Source: Coleofasciculus sp. B1-GNL1-01 (lineage in GTDB: Bacteria > Cyanobacteriota > Cyanobacteriia > Cyanobacteriales > Coleofasciculaceae). From it: a stretch of 64,000 nucleotides of DNA. Made by a program: the position numbers and the translations under genes. The stretch is from NCBI GenBank assembly GCA_040220235.1, contig JAVJTO010000055.1, one strand, 5' to 3'. Below the pieces are notes generated by a model. That model saw nothing but the letters and a program-made list of their open reading frames with translations, did no database searches and was not told where the DNA came from. Positions 54,116 through 64,000 of this stretch are shown here, piece after piece (the stretch's first letter is position 1; every line of letters starts with the position of its first letter).

Positions 54116-54172
54116 AACCGGGAACTGTAGAGACGGTGCATGCAACGTCTCTACAACTATTTTTGATGAACC

Positions 54173-55417
54173 TTACTGTTGCATTTGAGTTGGCAAAGCA
54201 CCGGGTTGTACTGTCACCTCAATATCTTTGCGATCGCGGCGTAATTCTAGGTTTAAATCGCTACCTATTGGCGTCATTTCTACCGCATTTTGGACATCTT
54301 CCGCCTCTTTGATCGACTCACCATTAATTTTATGAATCACATCCCCAGCTCGCAATCCGGCTTTATCAGCAGGAGAATTTCGCATCACTCTGGCAATTAG
54401 CACCCCTTTGCTTTCCTCAATAGTCAGACCCGAATTGGAATTTTTGTTGATGTTTTCTTTCAACTCTGGGGTTAATGTGACCATCTGAATTCCTAAGAAT
54501 GGATGTTCGACTTTCCCGTTGGCGATTAATTGTTGGGCAATTCGTTGCGCTGTATTAATCGGAATAGAAAATCCTAACCCTTGAGCGCCTTGAATAATTG
54601 CTGTATTCATCCCAATCACTTCCCCAGACGCATTTAGCAGCGGTCCACCTGAGTTACCCGGGTTAATCGCAGCATCAGTTTGGATAAATTGGACGCGCTT
54701 ATCGGGAACGCCTACTTCAGAACTGGAACGTCCTGTCGCACTGATAATACCTGTGGTGACAGTATTATCTAATCCTAGGGGATTACCGATCGCGATCGCC
54801 CATTCCCCCGGTTTGAGTTGTTCTGAATCCCCTAAGGTGACAATGGGGAGATTATCGGCTTCTACTTTGATTACCGCCACATCGGTTACGGGGTCAGTTC
54901 CTAACACTTCTCCCGCAAATGTGCGACCATCTTTGAGAACCACATCGACTTGATCTGCACCATCAACAACGTGAGCATTGGTGAGAATCATCCCATCCGT
55001 GTTAATAATAAACCCCGAACCCGTTCCTCGTTCTACGCGCTGCTGTGGTTGTTCCGGAAATTGAGATCCAAAGAACTCGCGGAAAAACGGGTTGTTAAAT
55101 GCATCGGGAACTTGAGACGTTACGGTTTTGGAAGCGTTAATCCGCACGACTGCGGGTCCCACAGTATCCACAACGTTAGTAATAAAGTTGCTGTTTTGGG
55201 GAGAGGACAGGTTCGCTGGAGGAATGATTCCTCCCAACCCCTGAGAGGATTGAGGAACGATGGAGTTGGTTGAAATTTGGGGATTCCCGGAGATGAACGA
55301 GTTGGCGCCAAAGGAAACACCAGCGCCTAGCAACATCAGGGATAGATAGGTGACAGCTTTTTTTACCGGGGAAGCGTCACTGTCATGAGATTTGGATGTT
55401 TTCGTGTTGAATACCAT
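54173..55417 (-). CDS. HtrA/Deg serine protease (second paralogue)
   Basis: TNAHVV, GNSGGPL and one PDZ domain. Confidence 0.95.
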   Translation of the reverse strand: MVFNTKTSKSHDSDASPVKKAVTYLSLMLLGAGVSFGANSFISGNPQISTNSIVPQSSQGLGGIIPPANLSSPQNSNFITNVVDTVGPAVVRINASKTVTSQVPDAFNNPFFREFFGSQFPEQPQQRVERGTGSGFIINTDGMILTNAHVVDGADQVDVVLKDGRTFAGEVLGTDPVTDVAVIKVEADNLPIVTLGDSEQLKPGEWAIAIGNPLGLDNTVTTGIISATGRSSSEVGVPDKRVQFIQTDAAINPGNSGGPLLNASGEVIGMNTAIIQGAQGLGFSIPINTAQRIAQQLIANGKVEHPFLGIQMVTLTPELKENINKNSNSGLTIEESKGVLIARVMRNSPADKAGLRAGDVIHKINGESIKEAEDVQNAVEMTPIGSDLNLELRRDRKDIEVTVQPGALPTQMQQ

Positions 55418-55863
55418 AATGATTCTGCTGTTGAAATAGGATTGATTTGGATGATGTCAGTTACAGTTGGTCGGAGTTTGGTTAATTCATTTCCAGGTCG
55501 AGAAAACCCGAATAAGGATCAACTTTCTCCTACCCATGGCTAACACCCCCATTGACGCTGTGATAATTATTTGCTGATAAGGTATTAACCAGGTCTGGCG
55601 TCGGTCGGTGAATCCGTTGCTTGGGAAGGAATCACAATGACCTATCGCTGACATTTATCAATGTAGATACTCGTTGTGACGTGGTTATGACAGTGTAGTT
55701 TCGCTGATGTGAAGATTTCTGGATTGGTGCTGTAGACTTCCCAGTGTTTTGGAGGAAATCCTCCCATTGAGGTTGTGCTGACCGTAATTTTAGAATACTC
55801 CCTTTTGCATAAGGGAGATGTAATCAGAAATAGATGACAACAACGTCCCTGGCTATGGCGAGG

Positions 55864-55996
55864 ATAAGCGGTTTGGTATTTAAACCTTAATATAATGCCT
55901 CCCATCCTCGTAGTGCGTTTAGCGAAGCCATGCCGCAGGCTTTGCATCTTGCTCGCTTAATACCCTAAATACCCTATTTCAATTCATCACCGCTTA
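55864..55996. mobile_element. Diverged copy of the 25780 MITE with a nested insert of about 25 bp
   Basis: Aligns by eye to the reverse complement of 25780-25884, with extra TTTAGCGAAGCCATGCCGCAGGCTT at 55918-55942. Confidence 0.8.
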
Positions 55997-56019
55997 CTGT
56001 ACTGCTACAGCAACTCGAT

Positions 56020-57129
56020 ATGAAACGCTTCTGGTTCTCTCAACCCACATCCCGACAAATTGACATCAAGAATATCGCCTTTGGCTTAGGACTCACGGGA
56101 CTCATTCCTTGTCTTCTCTTATCCTTAGCTGCTTATTTGGGCGGAGTTCACCGATATTTTGAATTAAGCTCCCACTTTAAAGTGCAATATTGCGTCATTA
56201 GTTGTATTATTTTTCTCTTATTTTTATTAGCACGACGAAAAACTTGGTGGTTGGTAAGTTTATTTTGTTTAACCCTTAATGCTGTAGACGTTATTCCCTG
56301 GTATATTCCCCAATTTTCGCCAATTAATACGTCTTCCGGACAACCGTTGCGAGTATTACTGGCAAATGTCCATAGTGATAACCAGCGTTATGCTGAGTTT
56401 ATCTCCTTGGTCAAAGAAGAAAAGCCTAAACTGCTCGTTGTCCAAGAAGTTAATCCAATGTGGTCACAGCAACTAGAAGCGCTTAAGCCTCTCCTTCCTT
56501 ACCAGATTGTGTATCCGAGATTTGATAACTTTGGCATTGCTGTCTACAGTGCGATTCCTCTGCGAAATACGGATATTAAATCGTTCACCGAGTATGATAT
56601 TCCCTCTATTTTTGCTGAGGTACAGTGGCAAGATAAAACAGTTTCTATTATTGCCACTCATCCATTACCACCGATTAATGCGGAATATTTTAAGTCACGC
56701 AATCAGCAACTTTTAGAACTGGGAAACGGGATAAAGTCAATCAACAATATTCATGCTGTCATCGGTGATTTGAATACAACCATGTGGTCTCCCTATTACC
56801 GCCAATTTATCCATCAGACTGGATTGAAAAATGCGCGATCGGGTTTTGGGATTTTACCCACTTGGCCCCAAGGTGCGCCAATGTTACAGATTCCTCTGGA
56901 TCATTGTCTGATTAGTCCAGAAATCAATGTCTTAGCTATTCGCACTGGCGGAGATATTGGTTCCGATCATCGTCCCTTAATTATCGATTTGGTGATACCT
57001 ACGTTACCAGCCAGATCCCCGACTTCTTCAAGAAGTCGGGGATCTTTATACCTAACTTACTTTCCCAATCTTCACCTGCTTTCAGACGCGCTACTTCCTG
57101 TTCCCTATTTCCCATTAAACCAACTTTAA
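56020..57129 (+). CDS. Endonuclease/exonuclease/phosphatase family membrane protein
   Basis: ANV, VQE, ATHP, GDLN, LDH and GSDHRP motifs. Confidence 0.9.
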   Translation: MKRFWFSQPTSRQIDIKNIAFGLGLTGLIPCLLLSLAAYLGGVHRYFELSSHFKVQYCVISCIIFLLFLLARRKTWWLVSLFCLTLNAVDVIPWYIPQFSPINTSSGQPLRVLLANVHSDNQRYAEFISLVKEEKPKLLVVQEVNPMWSQQLEALKPLLPYQIVYPRFDNFGIAVYSAIPLRNTDIKSFTEYDIPSIFAEVQWQDKTVSIIATHPLPPINAEYFKSRNQQLLELGNGIKSINNIHAVIGDLNTTMWSPYYRQFIHQTGLKNARSGFGILPTWPQGAPMLQIPLDHCLISPEINVLAIRTGGDIGSDHRPLIIDLVIPTLPARSPTSSRSRGSLYLTYFPNLHLLSDALLPVPYFPLNQL

Positions 57130-57160
57130 AATCCCGTAGGTTGGGTTTACGACAGGAAAC

Positions 57161-58327
57161 CTAACCGAATATAGGGCTAAAGCCCTTACTACAAGCCGAC
57201 TTCAAAATCCCTCCCTCTAACTGATAAATTGCTGCCATAATGCCATTGTCGGGATTATCCAATAGGGACGCTTTAACTTCTTGTAAATAATCCCGAATCG
57301 CTTCCCGCAAAACAGGGCGTTCAACATTTACAGTATGCTGATAATCCCAAACATCCCAGATAATAATTCCTACGCCAACAATCGGATCAAGAAACTGAGC
57401 GCCAAATTTACCAGCTACAGCGCCACCTGTTTTTGCTGCCATTTTAGCGGAGGCTTTTCCGGCAAAGGATACAGCCACTTTACTGCCAATCTTAGTGACA
57501 ACGGGAATCATGGCTTTGGCAAATAAGTACGTACTTCCGCCAACTAACACCTTTAACGATAAGTTAGAAAGATTGCCTTCCGTATCTCGAATCGTTACCG
57601 CAATATCATCCAAATATCGCTCCCATTGTCCTTGAGGAATCTGGTACTGAGTTTGGATGTTGGAAATGTTGTTTTCTAAGTCAGCAATATACAAATTTAC
57701 CGTATCTCTAGTGATATGTTCCAGTTGGAGTTGGGCAATTTTAGGGCGGAGGACTCGTTTGGTGAATTCCGTTTGGAATTCCTCCGTAATTTTTTCAGCG
57801 ACGGCTTGATTGGGAGTCGGTTTCGTGGTATCCATCCAGTGAGAGACGGCTGAAGATACCCAAACAAAAGGAGCGCTAAATTCCAGTTTCTTTTGATTAA
57901 AATAATCAAAATACCAATCCAAAAAATTGTCATCCACGCGACTCATGAGTTGATCAATCCACTCATCGAGTTGGTCTGAGGCGAACTGTTCGGCGGTATG
58001 ATGAGCATGAGTGATAGCCGTTGCGATCGCGCGATCAATCTTCTCCTGATCCGGTACAGTCCGATCAATGGTGACAATCTCATGGTTCGGCTTCTCTAGA
58101 CTCGCCGCATCGGTTGATAATGAACTGGCAATAAAACCACTCCCGATCAGCGGGATAATCACAATTAGGATCACCGCCACCCAAATATAAGGTGTCACTG
58201 ACTTAATCAACTGACTCCAGGCTTGTAGGCGAGTCGTTTTTTCTGTATAGGTGGGTTTTTCAGATGGATTGGTTAGGGACAAGGTTGGGTTATGAGTATC
58301 GTTAGAGGGCGTAAAGGCATAAAACAA
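57161..58327 (-). CDS. Hypothetical membrane-associated protein
   Basis: 388-aa ORF with a TM helix, FLDWYF.Y motif and Gly/Ala-rich hydrophobic segment. Start uncertain because it abuts a TnpB remnant. Confidence 0.75.
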   Translation of the reverse strand: MFYAFTPSNDTHNPTLSLTNPSEKPTYTEKTTRLQAWSQLIKSVTPYIWVAVILIVIIPLIGSGFIASSLSTDAASLEKPNHEIVTIDRTVPDQEKIDRAIATAITHAHHTAEQFASDQLDEWIDQLMSRVDDNFLDWYFDYFNQKKLEFSAPFVWVSSAVSHWMDTTKPTPNQAVAEKITEEFQTEFTKRVLRPKIAQLQLEHITRDTVNLYIADLENNISNIQTQYQIPQGQWERYLDDIAVTIRDTEGNLSNLSLKVLVGGSTYLFAKAMIPVVTKIGSKVAVSFAGKASAKMAAKTGGAVAGKFGAQFLDPIVGVGIIIWDVWDYQHTVNVERPVLREAIRDYLQEVKASLLDNPDNGIMAAIYQLEGGILKSACSKGFSPIFG

Positions 58328-58583
58328 CTATATTAGAACAAGTCGGGGTAGGGCATATCCAGGACTCTAAACGGACGGGGAGCGAGTGTAAGACCTCATC
58401 TGGGGCTGTTTGTGATGAGCCGTCAATCGTTCGGCTGAGACGTTCGGCGAGCGCTCAGACTTCGGCGAGCGCTCAGTCGAGCCGTCGAGTCGCGCTCACG
58501 CCGAAGCCTACCGAGAGTACGAGTAATTAAAATTGTTCGACTGGTAGGAATCCCCGTGCGTTTCACGCCAGGGAGAATGTCAA
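58327..58583 (+). mobile_element. tnpB 3'-end / omegaRNA / right-end remnant with nested palindromic inserts
   Basis: Translates TILEQVGVGHIQDSKRTGSECKTSSGAVCDEPS..[insert]..YE*LKLFDW*, then GGAATCCCCGTGCGTTTCACGCCAGGGAGAATGTCAA. Confidence 0.8.
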
Positions 58584-58646
58584 AATACCGAGATTCCCAG
58601 TGCTTGAACAGCTTCTTGCCAAAATGAGAATTGCTGGGGTTTTGAG

Positions 58647-59039
<393 letters not shown>

Positions 59040-59352
59040 TTAAGATTATGCCAAAGATCGGCGAATCCACTACCCTCTGTTAGGAAAGATTGACTCAGAT
59101 TAGCGGAAGCATTTTATAAAAAACACTTATCCTTATTGGCTTGGCGCTATGACCACCATTCAACATCAGATTGCAGGGGGTACGAGGGACGAGGGCTCTG
59201 CCGTTTGCAGTACCGTCCCCTGGTAGAGTAATCAAACTTCGATTCACCATTCAACAGCGGAGCAGCTCTTGAATATCATCACCCTCACCGCAGATGTTTT
59301 AGTTTGGGAACTGGGTTTGGAAACCAAACCCAGTTCTGCTGACCCATGCTAA

Positions 59353-59385
59353 AATGTAAAGCAATGTAAATGTATTGTCTTTTAC
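59353..59385. promoter_or_regulatory. HLR1 (RpaB) motif with an adjacent NtcA-like box
   Basis: The reverse complement of 59353-59370 is TTTACATT-GC-TTTACATT; GTA-N8-TAC at 59372-59385. Confidence 0.6.
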
Positions 59386-59459
59386 CAGACACCATCGCAG
59401 TAGACTTGAGAATGAAACTGCTAACTCCATCTTAAGTAATGGAGTCGAAGAGGAAGGCT

Positions 59460-60824
59460 ATGGGGATCGCCACAATTAACCCAGCAACGGGAGAAACGCT
59501 CAAAACCTTTGAGCCACTAGATCATGAGTCGATAGAAGCCAAACTCACCCTGGGGCAACAGGTGTTTGAGTCGTACCAAAAAACGCCAATGGCGCAACGG
59601 GCGAACTGGCTAAACGCGGCGGCGGATATTCTGGAACGGGATCAGGTCAAGTTTGGTCAGCTGATGACCTTGGAAATGGGCAAACCGATCAAAAGTGCGA
59701 TCGCGGAGGTGCAGAAATGTGCCTGGGTTTGCCGTTTCTACGCTGAAAACGCAGCGACGTTTTTAGCCGATCATCCTATTGCCACCGATGCCAGCCAGAG
59801 TTTTGTCCGCTATCAGCCCTTAGGTATTATCTTAGCGGTAATGCCGTGGAATTTTCCGTTCTGGCAAGTTTTTCGGTTTGCTGCACCCGCGTTAATGGCG
59901 GGGAATGTCGGTATATTGAAACACGCCTCGAATGTGCCGCAATGTGCTTTGGCGATTGAGGACATTATAAAGGAAGCAGGATTTCTGGAAGGGGCATTCC
60001 AAAGCTTATTAATTGGGGCTTCTCAAGTCGAAGCCATTGTCAGTGACTCCCGGATTAAAGCCGCTACCTTAACCGGAAGTGAACCCGCAGGTGCATCATT
60101 AGCCGCTACTGCGGGGAAACACTTGAAGAAAACTGTGCTGGAACTCGGTGGAAGTGATCCATTTATTGTCCTGGAAAGCGCCGACTTAGACGCCGCCGTT
60201 ACCACCGCCGTTACCGCCCGGATGCTGAATAATGGTCAATCCTGCATCGCCGCTAAACGCTTCATTTTAGCCGATGCGATCGCCGATGAGTTTGAAAAAC
60301 GTTTGGTTGAAAAATTTCAAGCCCTGAATGTGGGTGATCCAATGGAGGAAACCACCAATAGTGGTCCATTGGCAACACCAAGCATCCTGCAAGAATTAGA
60401 TCAACTGGTACAAGCTTGTATAGCCAAAGGTGCTAAGGTTCTGATTGGGGGCAAACCCTTAGATCGTCCGGGTAATTTTTATCCCCCGACTATCTTGGCG
60501 GACTTTCCTCCAGGAACCCCCGCCGACAACGAAGAATTTTTCGGACCAGTGGCGTTATTGTTTAGAATTCCTGACATTAACGCGGCAATTGCTAAAGCCA
60601 ATGCGATTCCGTTTGGTTTAGGGGCAAGTGCGTGGACAACGGACGAAACCCAAGCCCAGCGGCTCATTGATGAGATTGAAGCGGGAGCTGTCTTTATCAA
60701 TGGATTAGTTAAATCCGATCCCCGTCTACCTTTTGGCGGGATTAAGCGCTCCGGCTATGGACGAGAATTAGGAGTACAAGGAATTCACGAATTTGTCAAC
60801 ATTAAAACCGTTTGGGTGAAATAG
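59460..60824 (+). CDS. gabD: Succinate-semialdehyde dehydrogenase
   Basis: [31 protein letters not shown] and EEFFGP motifs; paired with the decarboxylase. Confidence 0.92.
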   Translation: MGIATINPATGETLKTFEPLDHESIEAKLTLGQQVFESYQKTPMAQRANWLNAAADILERDQVKFGQLMTLEMGKPIKSAIAEVQKCAWVCRFYAENAATFLADHPIATDASQSFVRYQPLGIILAVMPWNFPFWQVFRFAAPALMAGNVGILKHASNVPQCALAIEDIIKEAGFLEGAFQSLLIGASQVEAIVSDSRIKAATLTGSEPAGASLAATAGKHLKKTVLELGGSDPFIVLESADLDAAVTTAVTARMLNNGQSCIAAKRFILADAIADEFEKRLVEKFQALNVGDPMEETTNSGPLATPSILQELDQLVQACIAKGAKVLIGGKPLDRPGNFYPPTILADFPPGTPADNEEFFGPVALLFRIPDINAAIAKANAIPFGLGASAWTTDETQAQRLIDEIEAGAVFINGLVKSDPRLPFGGIKRSGYGRELGVQGIHEFVNIKTVWVK

Positions 60825-61060
60825 TTAAGAACTATGGACGGAAGAGTACAGTAGAGGCTATTGTTAAAAAAACCGAATTTTAACAATAGGATTTTGATCC
60901 TTAGCTTTGAATTTTTACCGGGGATAGCTAACAGCCAGTCCTAGCTGTAGCCCCCCTCTAACTTGTCCTGCTGAAATTTCAGCAGGCACGAATTGCAACG
61001 AAATAGGACATCGCGCCAACCATCAAACGATAACCAAAGAAAATTAAGGGGAAAATTGAG

Positions 61061-62707
61061 ATGGGCGAAATGAATACAGCCGACATGCTAGTCAGATGCC
61101 TAGAAAATGAAGGCGTCGAATATGTGTTTGGATTGCCGGGAGAAGAGAACTTGCATGTGTTAGAAGCACTCAAGCACTCCTCCATTCAATTCATCACCAC
61201 CCGCCATGAACAAGGGGCAGCCTTTATGGCGGATTTGTATGGGCGTTTAACTGGAAAGGCGGGCGTCTGCCTTTCGACATTAGGACCAGGGGCAACCAAC
61301 TTAATGACGGGGGTAGCTGATGCTAACCTCGATGGTGCCCCGGTGGTAGCGATTACGGGACAAGTGGGAACCGATCGCATGCATATCGAATCCCACCAAT
61401 ACTTGGACTTGGTGGCAATGTTTGCCCCGGTTACCAAGTGGAACACGCAAATTGTCCGTCCCAGCAATACCTCGGAAATTGTCCGTAAAGCCTTTAAGCT
61501 GGCGCAAAGTGAGAAACCGGGCGCAGTTCACATTGATCTGCCGGAAAATATTGCCGCCATGCCCGTTTCGGGGGAACCCCTGAATAAAGATGAACGGGAG
61601 AAAACCTATGCCTCATTCCGGAGTATTGGCAAAGCCGCCGTTGCCATCTCCAAGGCAAAAAATCCTTTAATCTTAGTCGGGAATGGGGCAATCCGCGCCC
61701 ATGCAGCCGAAGCCCTGACAGAGTTTGCCACCCGGATGAATATCCCGGTGATCAACAGTTTTATGGGCAAAGGCGTGATTCCCTATACCCATCCCCTTGC
61801 CCTATGGACTATGGGATTACAACAGCGTGATCACGTTAGCTGTGCCTTTGATCAAACGGACTTAGTGATTGCGGTGGGTTACGATTTAATCGAATATTCG
61901 CCGAAGAAATGGAATCCAGAGGGCAAGATTCCGATTATTCACATTGGCGCTGCCCATGCGGAAATTGACAGTAGCTTTATTCCGTTGGTGGAAGTGGTTG
62001 GCGATATTTCCGATTCGCTGAATGAAATTATGAAACAAGCGGATCGGGAAGGCAAGGCGACACCCCATGCGGTGGAATTACGGTCTGATATTCGGGCAGA
62101 TTATGAACAATATGCCAATGATGAGGCGTTTCCAGTTAAGCCGCAAAAACTCATCTATGACTTACGTCAGGTGATGGGACCTGAAGATATTGTTATCTCC
62201 GATGTCGGTGCCCATAAAATGTGGATGGCACGCCATTACCACTGCGATCGCCCTAACACTTGTATTATCTCCAATGGTTTTGCCGCCATGGGGATTGCCA
62301 TGCCGGGCGCGATCGCGGCAAAATTAGTTCATCCGGATCGGAATGTCGTCGCGGTGACGGGTGATGGCGGTTTTATGATGAATTGCCAGGAACTAGAAAC
62401 CGCCCTGCGAGTTGGTACCAATTTTGTCACCTTGATTTTCAATGATGGTGGCTATGGCTTGATTGAGTGGAAACAACACAATCAATTTGGTGACTCAGCA
62501 TTTATTAAATTTGGCAATCCTGATTTTGTCAAGTTTGCCGAAAGTATGGGGTTAAAAGGCTATCGGGTGAATTCAGTGGCGGAGTTTATTCCCACGCTGC
62601 AAGAAGCCTTAAAGCAAGATGTACCGACGGTCATTGATTGCCCTGTAGACTATGGCGAAAATCTCCGCTTTAGTCAAAAAGCTGGGGATTTGAGTTGTAA
62701 GATGTAG
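61061..62707 (+). CDS. ogdA: 2-oxoglutarate decarboxylase (ThDP-dependent, acetolactate-synthase-like)
   Basis: FGLPGEEN, RHEQ, GPGATN and GDGGF..N motifs. Position next to gabD matches the cyanobacterial TCA bypass. Confidence 0.85.
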   Translation: MGEMNTADMLVRCLENEGVEYVFGLPGEENLHVLEALKHSSIQFITTRHEQGAAFMADLYGRLTGKAGVCLSTLGPGATNLMTGVADANLDGAPVVAITGQVGTDRMHIESHQYLDLVAMFAPVTKWNTQIVRPSNTSEIVRKAFKLAQSEKPGAVHIDLPENIAAMPVSGEPLNKDEREKTYASFRSIGKAAVAISKAKNPLILVGNGAIRAHAAEALTEFATRMNIPVINSFMGKGVIPYTHPLALWTMGLQQRDHVSCAFDQTDLVIAVGYDLIEYSPKKWNPEGKIPIIHIGAAHAEIDSSFIPLVEVVGDISDSLNEIMKQADREGKATPHAVELRSDIRADYEQYANDEAFPVKPQKLIYDLRQVMGPEDIVISDVGAHKMWMARHYHCDRPNTCIISNGFAAMGIAMPGAIAAKLVHPDRNVVAVTGDGGFMMNCQELETALRVGTNFVTLIFNDGGYGLIEWKQHNQFGDSAFIKFGNPDFVKFAESMGLKGYRVNSVAEFIPTLQEALKQDVPTVIDCPVDYGENLRFSQKAGDLSCKM

Positions 62708-62735
62708 GTCTTAGAACTGGCGTTTTCTGAGTGGA

Positions 62736-62763
62736 GTAGGGGCGATTCATGTATTGCCCCTAC
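62736..62763. repeat. GTAG-type REP palindrome
   Basis: GTAGGGGCGATTCATGTATTGCCCCTAC. Confidence 0.8.
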
Positions 62764-62856
62764 CCGATGGGTTTCAGTCAGACCTGAAACCTCTAAGCTG
62801 AAGTTCCCCCAAGCAAAAAATCAAAACTGCCTCACCTGGAAGGGGGGAAATCCAGT

Positions 62857-63835
62857 TTAAGTGTTGACAATCAAGGCTTTAATCTGCTCTTTATGGTAGG
62901 AATTCATTAAAAGCTGAGTTACAAGTTCAGGAATAAAAGCTGTATTGTGTAATTTGCAAAGTTGAACAAGTCGATTTATCAATACTGCATCTATCTTTTT
63001 TGACATTACACGCTCGGATTCAGGGAAATTGGCTATGAAAATATATTCGTCATTCTGCTTCTGCGATTGTTGTATTACATAACCAGCTTTGTAAAGCAGG
63101 TAGATCGCCGAACGTAGTTCCCCACGAGTCCGATTGTGTCCGAATACTTCAATCAAATGTTTGTTTAACTTGATATAGTTTGACTATCTCAGGTGCGCTT
63201 TGGAGGAATTTCATGAATCCTCCAAACCCCAAGTTATGCTCATCAAATGCCGAGTCAATCTCAAGCATTTCGTTTTTCAGTGTAGAGAGGCTTACGCCGT
63301 CTGGAAATTTACCAAGTACACGTTCCAGCAAATCTAGTGCGTCTTCACGCAGTTGAGTTGTTTTCAGCGAGGCAGATACACCATTAGTAGTTGATTCTTC
63401 ATCAATGTAAATAAATCGATTACAAGATTTCTTGACAGCCTCGCTAAGAGCAGAACGCGGTCCAACACCGACTACAGATTTACCCAACTCTCTTAAACGC
63501 CTAAACAAAGGTGAAAAATCTGAATCTCCAGTGGCAAGCACAATCCATTCCAAATCAGGAATACGAGCCAAGTACTCCATCACATCGACAACAATTTGAA
63601 TGTCAGCGGAGTTTTTACCTTTTACTGGATGATAAACGTGGACAAACTCAAAACCGAGCAAATTCAGCTCTGGCTGACGTACACTGACTGATGCAATACT
63701 GAAATCCCCATACGCTCGACGAACCACTACACGCCCTAACTCATTAGCGCGTTCTAATAACGCTTCTCCTCCATCAGCTTTCAACCAGCCTGATAGGTTT
63801 TCGACATCCAAAAAGATTGCGACTTTTTCTGCCAT
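62857..63835 (-). pseudogene. NYN-domain + LOTUS/OST-HTH protein, apparently split into two frames
   Basis: AIFLDVEN, RAYGD, KNSADI, TGDSDF motifs, then FDE.NLGF..F.KFL. It stops at 63149 and a second ORF overlaps in another frame. Confidence 0.65.
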
Positions 63836-64000
63836 TTAGGATTCTGCTGAATTATTGCTGAGTTAATTTTTCTCACAGGACACCCTAATTCGCTTATTAT
63901 CCGATACCCAGCGTCAGTCTATCAACAACTTCCTGAAACGGGCAATGCCACGGTTGCTATATTAAGGTTGTTAATCTTCAAGGAAATGTGAGACTATCCG

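Noticed and set aside
55642..55947. 101-aa ORF
   Set aside because: It starts inside a MITE insert and has no recognisable motif.
59140..59300. GC-rich stretch with CACCATTCAACA twice; possible sRNA or gene relic
   Set aside because: No convincing frame or recognisable RNA family.
61061..62707. Acetolactate synthase IlvB
   Set aside because: The PGEEN motif and gabD linkage fit 2-oxoglutarate decarboxylase better.

Overview
A 64 kb chromosomal segment from a cyanobacterium. HIP1 (GCGATCGC) is abundant, and heptamer STRR repeats and PEP-CTERM genes suggest a filamentous strain, probably Oscillatoriales/Coleofasciculus-like (inference). Most of it is housekeeping: tRNA-Met, a LysM/M23 peptidase, trmL, gshA, an HDAC-family protein, two Ser/Thr kinases, a HerA-like ATPase, ftrV, PIN/TRAM, hemW, speE, a CBS histidine kinase, two HtrA proteases, atpD-atpC, PSRP-3, a Gld-like ABC system, malic enzyme, an orphan sbtB and the gabD + 2-oxoglutarate decarboxylase pair. 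The intergenic spaces are rich in small mobile DNA. They contain an IS607 (tnpA+tnpB, cut off by the window edge), a solo intact TnpB element, GTAG-type REP/REPIN palindromes and MITEs with nested mini-repeats. They also hold detached parts of RNA-guided OMEGA elements: an ORF-less IscB-type omegaRNA scaffold inside the atpD-atpC operon, a TnpB 3' end/omegaRNA remnant beside sbtB, and an orphan IS200/IS605-like left end. A 5'-truncated FGE/CLec gene ends in a DGR-variable-region-like tail. I found no CRISPR array, rRNA or reverse transcriptase. All family calls come from motif recognition only; no searches were run.
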